The notes under the pieces: model-generated
Seen by the model: the letters and a program-made list of their open reading frames with translations, nothing else
Database searches by the model: none
Told to the model about the DNA's origin: nothing
Shown: piece by piece, positions 1-13,900 of the stretch
Layout of the letters: the number at the start of each line of letters is the position of its first letter
Position numbering within the stretch: the stretch's first letter is position 1
Position numbers and translations under genes: made by a program
NCBI GenBank assembly: GCA_037379345.1
Contig: CM074522.1
Coordinates: forward strand, 15,686,001-15,750,000
DNA length: 64,000 nucleotides
Direction: 5' to 3'
Origin: Perna viridis
Lineage: Eukaryota

Positions 1-850
1 CAATATTAACCTGTCAGCTGTTCTTTCCTTGTAGAAATATTACTTCTTGTCTCATTCCAGACTACTTACATATGTACATGTACTTGTTAAATAAATGACT
101 ATATTTAGGGGATCTGAATTAGTACCAGTTCATTTTGCTGAACTACATTTTGCACACTGTTTGCAGTGAAATCTTGCAAAAAAAATATATAATCTGAACT
201 CTGCCATGCAATTTCAATTAACTGTTTTTGTCCTACTTGGATCAAATTATTCTTTAGTTGAACTTTTGACTTGGTTAATTTATGATATCTCATTGCTAAG
301 CCTTGTAGTACAAGCCTCGTTAGAAGTTCGACCACGTGGACTCTAATAGAGCTATTTCCATTTATAAAGGAACATTCATTGATTTTTTCCTAGCTTCTGT
401 AGATAAATATGGTAATTTAGCATTTTCTAAGCTCTTAATAAAGGAACGATATGTCTTCTACCCCAGTAGTTATGAATTCCGCCAAAGGCAATTAAGCCTG
501 GAGTAGAAAATCAATTTGACTGCATCAGGAATTTTTTTGCCAATGTGAAAATTTATTGCCATTGATTTTCCTTTCTTGTTCATTCAATTTACTGTAAAAT
601 CAACAGTACACTACAGCTGTCGAATATTAAAATGTCTTTTTATAGTTCTGATCATTTCCCTTTTTTGGCAACTGTTTGTGTGAACATGTGTTAATGAAGA
701 TGAAAACCATGTATGAATATTTCAACATTTTTTCGATGTTTTCTTTGCCAAATTGGTATAACAAGTCCTCTGTGATCTAATCCTTTCAGTCTATCTGTAT
801 AAGAAATGCTGTAAGTGTTGATTACTTCCACGAAACTTTTTCTATGTTAA

Positions 851-1530
851 TTTTTATGTCCCCGCAGAGATAAATGGGGGGTATATTGTTTTACCCCTGT
901 CCGTCCGTCCGTAATTCCGTCCGTCTGTAATTTTGTCTGTAATTCTGTCTGTCCCACAAGTTTTCCGCACTTTTTTTTCTAAATCCTTGAAGATATTGAA
1001 CTGATTTTTTGTATGTGAGTCTTTCATGATTACTGGTAGTTGGAGATCGAGGTAAGGTTTTGTTGTGCTATGCTGAGTTTTACCATTATTATGGACCCTG
1101 GACTTAAAAAATTCCATGGAAATAACAGTTTTCTGCACTTTTTTTGTAAACCCTTGAAGATATTGAACTGCTTTTTGGTAAGTGAGTCTGTCATGATTAG
1201 TTACAAATCAAGTGTAAGTTTCATTCTTCTACGCTGAGTTTTACCAAAATAATGGGTCCTGCACTTTAAAAATTTGTATTGAAATAATAGTTTTTTCACT
1301 TTTTTTTTGTAAAGGCTTGAAGATATTTTACTGGTTTTTGGTATGTGAGTCTCTCATGATTAGTTACAGATTGAGTTTAAGTTTCGTTCATCTATGCTGA
1401 AAACCACATGTGGGGGCATCATTTATGTCTCACAGACACAATAACACATTTGACAAAGTGCTTTTTACAATTATGAGTTCTGATATAGCTGTATGAAGGT
1501 TAAATGCGGGGGCATCACTTTATCTAGTTT
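851..1530 (+). mobile_element. Non-autonomous Helentron/HINE (DINE-1/pearl-like) element with about 2.7 internal tandem core repeats
   Basis: Starts tttttatgtccccgc, followed by a (GTCC/GTCT)n microsatellite, about 162-168-bp core repeats at about 961, 1129 and 1291, and ends gcgggggcat...ctagtt, complementary to the 5' subterminal motif. Confidence 0.75.
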
Positions 1531-2953
1531 TTATTTAGTTCCTCATTTGTCTTAAGGCTTGCAATATATGTTAATTTTTATACAGTCAGTGAAATTGGTT
1601 TATTTAAAAGGCTTTTCGGATTTTGTGTTTTTTTTGGTTTAGTTTTTTTTTTTCGAAATTGTTGTAGAAATTGAACAAATTTCTGGAAAGATACATTATA
1701 GATGTACATGTAAATAGAGTAATAGCTTTTCCATATTTTGAAATGAAGTCTGTTCCTAAGTATTGTGTTAGAAAGGTTTACAAGTATAGTGAATATTTTC
1801 ACTCCAGAATTTTTAATGTGCAATGAAGAAATTTGCTTCTTATGAAACAACATTTTACTGTCTACATTTAAGATGACAATTCTAAAAACCAAAAAAATCC
1901 TGATGAGGGAAAATTAACTCGGGCACAAAGAAAGAATAATGATTTTGGAGTAGTAGAAATTATTTAGAGACACATGGCAGCCATTATGGAAGGTTTTTGT
2001 AGAGTACAAAGTCTTTATTGGTAGCATCTGTCTAATTCATCTTGAACATCTGTTCCTATTTCAAAGACAAGAATCTCCATCAGTAAGTTTCAATGGAATG
2101 CTGAAATAATGTTCTGATAATGCAGATCTACAAAGGGATGCCTTATTATTGCTTTTGGTTCCTGTTACCAACATACAGTGTGCTTGTGCCAAGTATGAAA
2201 TCATAAAATCTGGCAATCTGTTACCTTTGGTCAGGCTAAAATAAAGTTGTTTTGTGTTTCTCATCTTTTGGTTTCAGTTATTGTTAAAAATGTTTAGGTT
2301 AGCCTTGCCCAGTCTCTGCTAACCATTTATCAAGTTTTTTTTATAAAGAAAAAAAATTCTGTTAAGTACTAATAATTCTTTATCAGCTTCTGTCAATCTG
2401 TGCATCTAATTAAGTAGGATGCCCTTGAATTACATGTCAGATCGGGCTTCACTGTTTCAATCAGTTATTCTTTCATCTCATCTGATTACTTTTTCAGCTT
2501 AAAATGTAGGACTTTTCCTTGACAATGGTACATTGTTACTAGTGAACCACACTTTAAATTGTTTGGCCTCAACATATCTTTGGCAAATTTTTCAGTATAT
2601 ACACCCTTGTAATGGCTAATGACCTTCTGTTTTGTGCCAAGAAAAACCAAAATAGATGAAGATAATAATAAAAGCGAAGCAGGAAGTTAATGTTGTATGC
2701 AAACACATGCTAACCTGAGTGTACCATGTGCATTTTTGCACTAATTACTCAAAATGGAGGCTTATCATTTCCAGTCTGTGCCTTTAGCTTCTAGCCCAAA
2801 GCCTGAAACTAGTGAAAAATGATATGGGGTAGTGAAAAATCTGAGAATTTCAGTTGCGCTCTTTTAGCAGCTGGAAAAGTTTATTGCACAGCCTGCATTT
2901 CTCTGTGTAGGAAATAAAGGTTTACAATGAAGTAGCAGTATGTATCCATCTGA

Positions 2954-3213
2954 AAACAAGGTGTTATTTGAATTTGGAATTATTTTGGAATTTAGAAAAT
3001 GATAAAAAAAATAATTTGTAAAACTACTCCTTACTAAGGGAGTTAGTCATGCCGGCATTGGCTAAGGGTTATAGTTAGTTAGATAACAAAAAATAAGAAA
3101 AACTTACTAACCCCCTTAGCCATGACTAACCCTCTTAGTAGGGTAAATTTTATAATTTTTTTACTTATTTTCTCAAACTGAAAATAATTCCATATTCAAG
3201 TAAAACCTTGTTT
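2954..3213. mobile_element. Foldback/MITE-like long imperfect palindrome
   Basis: aaacaaggtgttatttgaatttggaattatttt pairs with aaaataattccatattcaagtaaaaccttgttt; inner tactaagggagttagtcatg pairs with catgactaaccctcttagta. Confidence 0.75.
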
Positions 3214-6200
3214 GAAAATGTTACTGTTGGGAATGTAGTGTATATCGTGTCCATTACTTTTGGTGCTTTCAGTAACAACAATTTTGAAGAATAAATATGT
3301 CAAGAGTTTTCTTTGCATAATAGAATATTTCCCCTTGAGATAAAACCAATGTACTGTACAATCTTCCATTTGAAATGTAGCACTTGAAATATTTAGAACA
3401 GTACATGTTGGTTAAATCCTGAAATTTCATTCTTTTGAAACGGTTTCAGAAATGGTCTTAAATTATTCTTTAACATTGTCCTTCGGTGTGCTTAAGATAT
3501 TTTGTTTATTATTAAGCCAATATAATATTTTTTTTCAAGCTTTTGTTAGCCTTATGCAATCTTTGGTACATGTACGTGTATCTACATTTGTAATAAAAAA
3601 TTAACAGATTTTTTTTTTATTATCTCAGATATAATTTGGTTGAATACTAATTGGGTTGGAACGTTTTGATGTATATATTTTATGCATTTTGGCTTTAATT
3701 ATTCTTGTAGTGGTCACAAAAAGGTTAGAAATTTATTTTTCAGAAAAATACATATGTGCATGCATGCATTTATGATTAAAATGATTATTTTGTTAGTAGC
3801 ATGTTAAATTATACTTCTCTAACATACATGTACAACACCTGTCTGTTCATTTAGTGCTCTTGCTCCAATTGGTACCAAGTAAAATTTTGACGGGGCAAGT
3901 GGGATGTGAATTAGGTGAAGTTCCAATGAGCCAAGATAAAATTGTTCCAAATCAGATATATACAAATCAAATATGCACATGACGTGCATGTCTGATTCAA
4001 TAAAGTTTATAGTATTTTTAGAAGTATTTTCCTTAAAATATTCAAAACAAAAACAAAAAAAAACTTACACAACTTTTTGAGGAGTTCTTTAAAAAATTGA
4101 CAATGAATGTATTGGAGATTCATTTTGATAAAAAAAGGGGGGTTTCTCAGTTCTGACACAATATACACGATATACAAATCCTGTCAGAATATCAGTAAAG
4201 GAAGTTTCTGCAAATATGTTCATTAAATCATTATGCCTGACGCCTTCATCCCAGACAGTGCGGCCAGGGCTGAAAGCCAGAATTGTTGTAGCTTCATGAA
4301 ACTGGATAATTTCAGTAGGCATACAAATTATACAGATTTTATGAATGTACCAATTTCTTTGGAGACATTTGTCAAATTTAGATTAATGATGTAAAACATT
4401 TCCTCAAGCATAAAAATATTCATAAACACCTGAAGGTATACAATATTCGTGACAGCCCCTGTGTTTTAACTTGTTGTCATCCAGTGAAGGACTACAAAAA
4501 TATGTTAATTCATTTTGTTTCAGTTTAGTACATTTTGTACATGTACATTTGTATAATTTTAACATGGAGGGAAAACCCAAAAACTCATCAATTTTTGTAA
4601 CATGATTTTTTTTTCTGTTGGAAGTGCATTTTAAGAAAGAAATATACACATTTGGAACACATAAAGTCATTTAAAGGAGCTTTCACATTTGTTATATATT
4701 TACTATGGAGGGTTTGTTGTGTTTTTGAGACATTTTTCAAGTAGATGTTTCTTGTCAGGTTTAGGAGACGAGAAACTGTACAAAATATTAGTTAATACTT
4801 ATATGAAAGTCAGCCACCATAATAAATCTAATTTTATGCTTCTTCCATTTGTTCTACAATTTTTTTTCTGTTTTTAAAGGGAATTCCACTTGATTCATTT
4901 CGGGTTTTACAGTTAATACATTTTGGTAATGTATTCAACATTCAAGAATATTTTTTTGTCAGCTGAGTAAAATCATGTCTGGCCATAGCTCTTACTGATA
5001 CTTGTTGATATAAAAAGTATGTTTAATCTAATAACAGACATAAACTTTACATGGCTTTTAAATTTATAAATGTTCCTAATTCAGATGTTATTTCAAAACA
5101 TTTTAGTTTACTGAACTTTTTACATACAGGTACATGTACACATATATCTGGCTGTGAAATTTACTGAAAGATAAGAGATATCTCATGTTTAATCTGATTT
5201 TGATTGTGAGCCAAGTACAGGTTTTACAGACTTAATTTATCACTTCCATTCTATGCTTTTATAATTGTCTCAAATCTAGGACAATTCTACAGTGTAATTT
5301 CTTCCATGTCTAATTCTGGTATTCTTGTTGATGATTTGCATACAGATTAATTTCATGCTTTGATAAATGTGTTTTTAGACCTGAAATTAGAAGTAATAAG
5401 TTAACATTAAAGAATAGGTGTACTTATAAATGGACTGGTAATTTTTCCCCCTCATGGTTATGCAAGTACAGAGATACTTGAAGTGGTCGAAGTCCAATAT
5501 GGTTTGACCTACATTGATAAATTTTTTGTACCCTTGTACATTCAATGTAAAGACCCATGACTTGCTAGATTACTTATTAGGAGAATGATATGGTAACTAT
5601 GTTTAAAAGACAACAACTTCATTGGGATGAAAAATGTCAGCTCTAGGCCTTTTGCTTGATTCATGTACAATATACATTTGTATGGAGTACTGTAGCTAGA
5701 ATATTTTGTGACCCCTTTCATTCAAGAAATCAGTATTTGATGTATTGGTTATTAAATGTTTTATGAAAAATAGGGGTTAATGGGCAAGGGTTAGGAAGGT
5801 GAAGGGCCATAGGCTGTTTGCCTTTTCTGACTGGAAATGGCCCTTTCATCTAAAAGAAAACTATATGGTTTCTTAACAAATGACCCCATCAGATTGTAAA
5901 TATCTTTGAAAACTCCTGAAAATGGCCCCTTCTCAAAATTTCCTTTCAAGCCACTGGGTTGGTGATATACATGTATGTACAATGTATCTTGAATATATGT
6001 TCTCTGCATCATGGTTTCAATATCTCAGATATATTACTATTTGTAAAAAGTACTTTTATGAGTAGTCAGGAACATGAGAAACACCATTTTCAAAAATTGC
6101 TATCTAGTCTTTTAGATAATTTTCCCTTAAATGGTGTAAAAAATTTATTTCAATTCTTTTTCTTAGTGTTGTTATTGTTAGAAATGGCGGATAATTTTTT

Positions 6201-8545
6201 GGTAGGCTTATTTCTGATAGGTGATTGTCAATAAAAGAAATATTAGATTTTTTTCTTAGAATCCAAATAAAATTTTGCTTCAAGTTACATGGATTTTATA
6301 TGTCTTTGAGAAAATTTAGGAGCAATAAACTGCAGAAATGCCAATATAATCTTCTATCCTTTGAGAAAGTTATTGCCATTTGTATAAAACAGCATTGTTA
6401 TTTACTAGATGGTGGAAATCACAGATTTTTCTGTGTCAAGTCAGTGAACTTCACCATCATGATATAATGTTATATTGTGATGTTTCAGCTCCCTAGAGCA
6501 AATTCAAGAATAGGAAAGAATTATCTGAAATCAATTCTACGATTAATGAGTCACCATAAAATTCAAATAGTAGGGTAAATTGAGCAAGCGGTGAGATTGA
6601 TTTTACCATAGGGGAATGAAGGATTTGTCATTGATTTTCCTGTAATAATACTCCATATCAAGTCAGTATTGATTTTCGTCAGTTTTATCTCATTTCCTAG
6701 GACTTCCTGATCGATCTAGTCGTGAAATAGACAATTCTTTTCTCTTTTATTGTTGTCATTTCAGTTCCTACGCTTTTTGTTGTCATGGCAACTCAATCAA
6801 TATGTTGCTTTTAATGTCTGAGGGTTTAGCACAGCAGTGATTAGATCAAAATGGTGAAAGCAGATTTGACCTTCTAGACTGTTTATTCATTTTAAACTAA
6901 AACTTGCCACAGCATGATAAAATTATCTTGTTGATTTTTATGCCATTTTTATTAGGTTTTCTGTGGGGATACTTTGAAGAAGAATTTCTTTGATACTAAG
7001 GGAGTCTCTTATTGTATAACTTGAAATAAAATAAGTGACTGATTATCTACCGGTACATTGTACATGATATTGTACCTAACTATCACTGTCTGATTTGGGT
7101 TTTGTCCAAGTGCATGTTCTAATGTTCTACACACAGACATGTATATGTACAATGTGTATGTATATATAAACTGTATTTCAAAATGTTAAATATTTGTTAT
7201 TTCCCTCCACTCTTAAAATGATACAGACAAATTTATTAATTTCCTTGAAAAAAAAAAAGAACTGAATGGATGTGTTATATGAATCTTTGTGATGTTATTC
7301 AATGTATCAGATTAAATTTTATGATAATTTGTCTTTGAAAGAGAATACTACAAAGTGAAGCAAACACCCACTAGTTTATAATGTTGCCAAAAAATGTATT
7401 CTTATTCAATTTTAAAGAAGGATTTCAAATGATTTTTAGTCAAGTCATAAGAATTACAGTTAGTTGGAAGAAACATTTTTCACATATTTGAGTTGCATCA
7501 TTAACTGTGTAATTGGGAGTACCTCAGTTTACTGGAGATAAAACATTAAAATTTCACTTCTGGTTTGATAAGATGGAAAAACAACACACCTTCTATATGT
7601 TTCCTAGTTAAAATAAAATATAAAAAAAAACAGGTGACCCAGACATGTACAATTTTACATTTTACATTAGTCAGGTATTGGCCCTGTGCCAAGACCAATA
7701 CACAATTTGAGGTTCCTATATGGGAGATTTTGTTAATCAAGTATTATTTAAAGTTTTTACCTGTAAATATAGATTTATGATTATGGATATGGAATATTAA
7801 ATGGTTATGTATTTTAGAAGATTAAATATCTGTTTAATTAAATGTCCTGTAGAAACCAGTTCTGTTGGTATTGACAAATATATTAGCCTTTCATAAAGTT
7901 TAATCCCCTTCATGTCATGTAGAGTCTTGCCACAAGAATTGACATTTTGGGGACTTTCTCAAAGCACTGGTTGATAAAAATGAGAGGAAATTCAAAAATA
8001 CAAAAATGTAGAGAATGATAATGATTAACTGAATGAACTAATTAATTTATGTTTTCCTACTTGTTAATTGAAAAAAAACCCATTTTACCTTGATTTCAAT
8101 GCATGTAGTTTATAAACTTGTGAAAAACTATGTCTTACATAAAATACCCTAATATTCTTTCCTAACTATTAAATCATCTGAGGAACTGATTAAGTGAAAT
8201 TTCCACTCCTAATTAACACATGATTATCACCAAGTAGCAGGTGTTGTTCCAAAAACAATTTGAACATGAGCTAATTTTCACAGTTCCCTCAATCTGTCTG
8301 CTTGTTGTCATGGTAACTTAACTTGATACAAGGTTTATCCTTTTGTGGTAATTTCACAATATACAGCTGTTCTTGGAAAGTGTTTTTGTTCTGTCTCTTT
8401 TCCCTATTATTTTATTAATCTGTCAATCGATAGATCTCACAAAATTTATATTAAATACAAATGTGTCAGAAGTTTAATTTAGATTTTCATGTACATGTAC
8501 CGTACATTTTGAAGATTAGATTTTGCTTGACCTTTGAAAGAATTA

Positions 8546-8695
8546 CAGTGAACCCTGAACCTGTCTAAACCAGACACTTTTTATAGTCTTTTCCCATCAA
8601 TTATATATATTTTAAAACCTGTGTAAACCGAACACCTATCTAATCCGAACCAATTTTTATGTTCGAAAGGTGTTTGGTTTTGACAAGCTTCACTG
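8546..8695. mobile_element. MITE, Tc1/mariner-type (TA|CAGTG...CACTG|TA)
   Basis: Terminal inverted repeats with TA flanks; related copies at about 11285-11447, 49456-49639 and 63175-63309. Confidence 0.7.
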
Positions 8696-10816
8696 TAGTT
8701 TGATCAACAGATTGCCAACCAGCAATGTTATAGTCTGCTTCATTTATTGAATATTTAAACAGCTTGGCTGGCTCATTGAAGTTTCTAAACAATATAAATC
8801 AAGAATAATATTCTGGTACCAGAAGCCATGTAAATAAATAGGCATGATTTTTTTTTCCAATCAAATATTTATTTTGTTATGATACTTGGAATGTGTAGGA
8901 TGGACTGTCGTCACCACTGATATAATAATATTGATATCATATCCTTGTTTCCTGACATTACATGAGACTAGAGAGATTTTAGTATTTTAGTTTTGTAATT
9001 TTAATCATCAAAGGGATTGTCAATATAACATGTTGTGTCCAATGAATAGATGTACCTACATCTGTCAAATACTTATCTAACTGGAGATTTAAGCAGTTTC
9101 CTTGCACTATTTAAGGGGACAACCATGTGATGTTTATCGGTTGAAGATTTTTTTTTATTTATCAACAGTGTTAAGATATTGATTTTTCACATACATTGTA
9201 CATGTATATCAGATCACATGTAGAAGCATAATGTTTCAGATCAGAGTGATTTGAAAGGATCTAAATATATTTTGTCCATTTTCAAGATCAAATTATCTAT
9301 TTTCAAAATTCTGCAAAATCCACTTTTCATAATCAATTGGTTCTCCATTGTAAGTACCGAGGGCCAAACAGAATAGAATTCTCTTATGGAAAGTCCATAA
9401 TAGGTCTATAGTATTATGGGGGCACATCAATGAATGATGATGATCTTGAAAGGTTGAAAATAAGTTCAGACAAAACCAACTGACTCATCTTTAATACAGT
9501 GCAAAAAAACATGTAACAGAATGGAGAGTTAAGAACACTATTTTATGTACACGTATACCTAACAGTTATCCATAAATAACTTTGTGAAATAATCCCACTT
9601 TCATTACTTGTTACTTTCATGCCTTCAAATTCTTCTATGACCCTGGACTTACTTTTAGAAGAATGAACGGAAATGCCTCCATACATATATCTTCGAATTA
9701 GTGATTAAACATTAAACCTGTTGTTCTTTAATTTCTTTTATTGATTTAGTGTGACTGTTAAATATTCAGTGCAAATTGAATACTTCATTCAAATAGTTGC
9801 CATGGTGAAAAGGTTAAATACACAAATTCTTTATCAATATTCAGACAGTGTTTTGTGTGTTCATTAACAAAGAAATTTGATAAGGCAAGATTGAAATGGA
9901 GGTCTCAAAATATCTTTTCAACAAGGAAGTTTACCTGGATTGAATATGTATCTTAACTTGTGTTAGTTTTCCTATTAAATGGTTGAATAAACACATGGAA
10001 GCATTCTATACATATTTGGATTATAAACATCTGAATATTTTGTATGTGCATGTATGGGAGAGAAACATACATACATGGTTGTGTACATGTAGAATATTCA
10101 AGTAAAGATTAAGCACTCAGTGCCAAAAGCTTGAAGTTTAAATCCTTTTGTCCTTTTGATGGATTACTATATTCATTTGAGCTATTAAATTAAATATGGT
10201 GTGTGGTTCCCATGGTTTACAATGACCTTTTCTGCTGTAGGACAAAGTTTTTTAATTGCTCATGAACACCTGACCTTTTTGATCTAGAGGGTTTAATGTT
10301 GAAAATGAACTCTCCCTGACATTTGTATAGTCATAGTATCATTTATCCTTTTCCTGTGTAGTTGCATGAAGATTTTAGGATAAAGAGCAAAATGATTATA
10401 CATGTACATTTACAAAAAAACAAAAGCTTTTTTCTTCATTATTTGTAATAGCGTTAATTAAAAGCTTGTACAAAGTTTTTAAACAGTACAACTTTTTCTT
10501 AGTGATTCTTGTGCATTATGTAACCAAATGTAAACAGAAATAAAAAAAAAGTCCTTATTTCTCACCAGATACATCATTTGTAACAAAATTAATATGTGAA
10601 TTGGTTTTGAAGGTTTCATAGCTAGTACAAATAAAGTGCAGGTAATGCACCCCCCCTTTTTTAATATAAACAAAAAAACAAAAAAAAACCCATTTACTAA
10701 AGAAGTGTTTTCATCGCACAAGAAAAATACAGTTTTATCAAGCCAATTTGCAACAAAAACATAGGCATTATAGAGTGTTTTTCTGACATTAATAATTTCT
10801 TTTTATCTCTTTTTAG

Positions 10817-10945
10817 GGCAGAAGATGGGGAGGTTTACGAAGGGAGGGATTACTACTCCGCTCAGTATCCTGGTTACACAGAAGAATATCAAAGGGGAAG
10901 GCCACGAGATCGCTTTCCCCGTGGTGGATTTAAACATATAGATAG
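10817..10945 (+). CDS. SPEN: SPEN exon A (AEDGEVYEGRDYYSAQYPGYTEEYQRGRPRDRFPRGGFKHID), Tyr/Arg/Gly-rich
   Basis: Acceptor tttatctctttttag, donor AG|gtaag; 129 nt, open frame, phase 2 matches exon B. Confidence 0.8.
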
Positions 10946-13036
10946 GTAAGAATAGGATTTAGAGACATATTACTTGGTTTCCTTTGCTGGATATTTTTCA
11001 TTGCAAGGTTCTGTCATGGTTTTAGATAAATATCAGCAATTACAAATCAATGTGATGGCATTGCGTAATTGAAAGGGTCAGTATATTTCCATCTTGCCCA
11101 AGATATCTGCCTTAGGGCTGGAAAAATTTTGTGTTTGACTTTCAAAAATTTATACCATTTTGACTGTTTTGAAAGTTTGAGATACATGTACTTTATAGTA
11201 CATGTACATGTAAAAGGAATTAATTAACCATAAATATATATATATTCTGACACTACTCCTAAATCACAGAAGTAGCAATAATTGCAGTCAAACCTGAGAT
11301 AGCTGGCCCCTGAATAATCCAAAAACCTGTCTGTACCATACAGTTTTTATAGTCCCATTAAATCAATTTAAATGTAAACCAAGCACATGTTTAAAAAGAA
11401 CCAATTTTAAAGTTCAAAAAGAGGTGGGCCTAGACAGTTTTCTCTGCATTCTAATTTCACATGATTAAGAAATAGTATTACTGTAGGGACAAACAAGTGA
11501 AAATCTTTCGACATGACATCATAAAAACTAATATGGTTGGAAGGAATTTTTAACTTTGACCAAGATCCTAAAACCAGTTCATAATAATTAGCAAATACCC
11601 CCTTAATTTTCCATGTTCTATGATAAATGGAAAGAGAAGAACTGCCTAACTGTAGTATAGATTTCCAATAGAGAATAGTGATGTCTGTATGACGAATAGG
11701 TCAGTGTGAATTATTCTGCCTATGTGTGATAAAAAGATGGAATTTATTCTGGTTATCTTGGAGTAAATAATCAGCATGATTCACAGGTGTTTTTTTGATC
11801 CTGAAGGTTTTCTAAGAATCTATGAATCAATCTTAGTATTGTGGATGATTTCCTAAAAGTGAGAAAAATTCAATCACAAGAGCTGATAAGAAGAATGGAA
11901 AAATTATACAGTTGAGTAGAAAATTAGATCTGATAGAACTCTGTGTGACTTATTTTGCTGTATGTGGAGAACGAAAATCTTCTATGGTGTTATTGATTGG
12001 AAGCCAGTGCTGAACAGGAAATTCGCCAAACTGCCAAACCGCAATGTGTGAATAGATCAGTTCATGGATTGTTGGAGTATTGCTTCCAATTAGCTGAAAA
12101 TGTGAAAATGAATTTTATGTTGTGGCTCTCCAATGAATAAGATGTATTTACTTTGCTATTAATGGATGATTTGTAACCCAACACACAATAAGTTAGAAAT
12201 TTTTCATTGAAGAACCTTTTGTGTTCTGGGAACAATTGATCTGAGCTTTGACTTGCCCTAATTACAGTCTGGAGATGATGGAGTAACCATTGCAGCTATT
12301 TAGACTTCAGAATTGACCAACGTTCTACATGTATGAGACACATTTGTACATATAGATTTATATATGCTTAGTGTTAAAGAGGATTTTAAAAACAAGCTTT
12401 CTGATCAGGCCATTTTAGTCATGCTCTATTTGTTTTCAAAAGATTTTTCAATCTATATTAGGGTTTCCCTATCCTATTCAATTTTGACATTTTTAGTTTT
12501 AAGTTTTATCCACCAAGTTTAGGTTTGCTTTAAGTGGAACTGTGTTGAAACCATTCAATTGAATTAAAGCTACTTTAGAATTCGATCTGTTCATAACAAG
12601 CCACAGTGTAAACAGGTTTTTACTCTAAGCATAGGAGGCTTTATTAATTCTGAGAGCTTAAATCTACCATTGAAAGCTATCGAACCATGGACTTAACATT
12701 CTTTCAGAAGGTCTTGTTCGGTCACATGTTGGATATTTTTATCAACATTAAAGGATGACACTTCAGTTTGAATGATTGACAGATGCACACTGAACATGGA
12801 AGGAATTTAGTTGGATAAAAAATAACAGAAATTATTGTGTAATGATGTACATTTGTTTGAATCGAATGGATTTTATGTGATATTATAGAATATTAGAATA
12901 TGTCAGTTGCTGTTGGTGTATACGAGTAGGTATATTCTGTGCTTTGTGGATATATATTGAAAGAAAAATAGGAAAATCGATGTGTAAAACAAACTTCTGC
13001 ACAAAACATCTGAATGCTGATTTAGTTGATTGTATG

Positions 13037-13254
13037 CAGGGATTGAATTTCAGATTTTTTTCCACTTGATAAATTTAGCAAGTACTGAAAATATACACTC
13101 GCTAAATTTGAAGTTTTTTGGATTATTTCTGGACTTTACCTATAAGAGATATAGAATTCCACTAGCAAATTTTAGCAAGTGGAAATAATTTCTACTAGCA
13201 AAATTGAATTTTAACTTGCAATTAGCAAGTATTTCCCCTTAAATTCAATCACTG
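13037..13254. mobile_element. MITE with 14-bp TIR (cagggattgaattt/aaattcaatcactg)
   Basis: TIR with one mismatch; gtatg on both flanks; internal repeated tagcaa motifs. Confidence 0.65.
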
Positions 13255-13432
13255 GTATGGCGGTCAAGTATTATTGAAGGATGTGAATGTCTGTTGAATG
13301 AAGATTAATGTGCAGCTTGTAATTTAAAAGTGACATTGGTTTGTTAGAAATATATACAAGGGGTAGAATTTCCTATTTTTATTTGAAATTTTTGCAGTGA
13401 TAGTAAGCATTTTTTTAATTGTTTTCTTCCAG

Positions 13433-13705
13433 GGGAGGTCATCATCAGTGGACTGCTGGACAGAGAAGGTTTGGTGAGGGTCATAGGTCAAATTCATCCA
13501 GTGATCGTGATGCCTTTGAGAAACCTCGAGCTCCACTCTCCCCAGCTAGATCAACATCTCAGACCAGTAGAAAAAGTCCTAAAATGAAGCGGAAACAATC
13601 AAACTCAACTAGTCGATCAAGGTCAGGGTCATCTGATTCAAGTTCCAGTAGTAGCTATAGTGATACATCATCAGACAGCAGCAGGTCAAGGTCAAGATCT
13701 GTAAG
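13433..13705 (+). CDS. SPEN: SPEN exon B, Ser/Arg-rich region upstream of RRM2
   Basis: Acceptor ttttcttccag, donor AAG|gtaaga; frame of ORF 13419..13709 (SRSRSGSSDSSSSSS...RSRSRS). Confidence 0.9.
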
Positions 13706-13900
13706 GTAAGAGCTTTTACATGCATTCATCAACTATCATAGATTTATATAGTGTGGAGAATATTTTGACTAGATTACCATATGGAATGGTCTTTTTAAAA
13801 AAAATGAAAATAAATATTACTAATAGGTTCTTATACTCATTTATCTATTGGCATATTGTGTATATCAAATTATTTCACAGTTATCAATTTTCTTTTGCAG

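Noticed and set aside
4089-4322. 77-aa minus-strand ORF with slightly higher GC
   Set aside because: No recognisable domain or supporting splice structure; may be a decayed fragment.
9430-9485. C/D box snoRNA candidate (atgatga...ctga)
   Set aside because: Too short, no terminal stem and no recognisable guide sequence.
1-10816. SPEN start codon and RRM1 exons
   Set aside because: No segment encoding an RRM1-like peptide was found; exon A begins in phase 2, so upstream exons probably lie outside the window.
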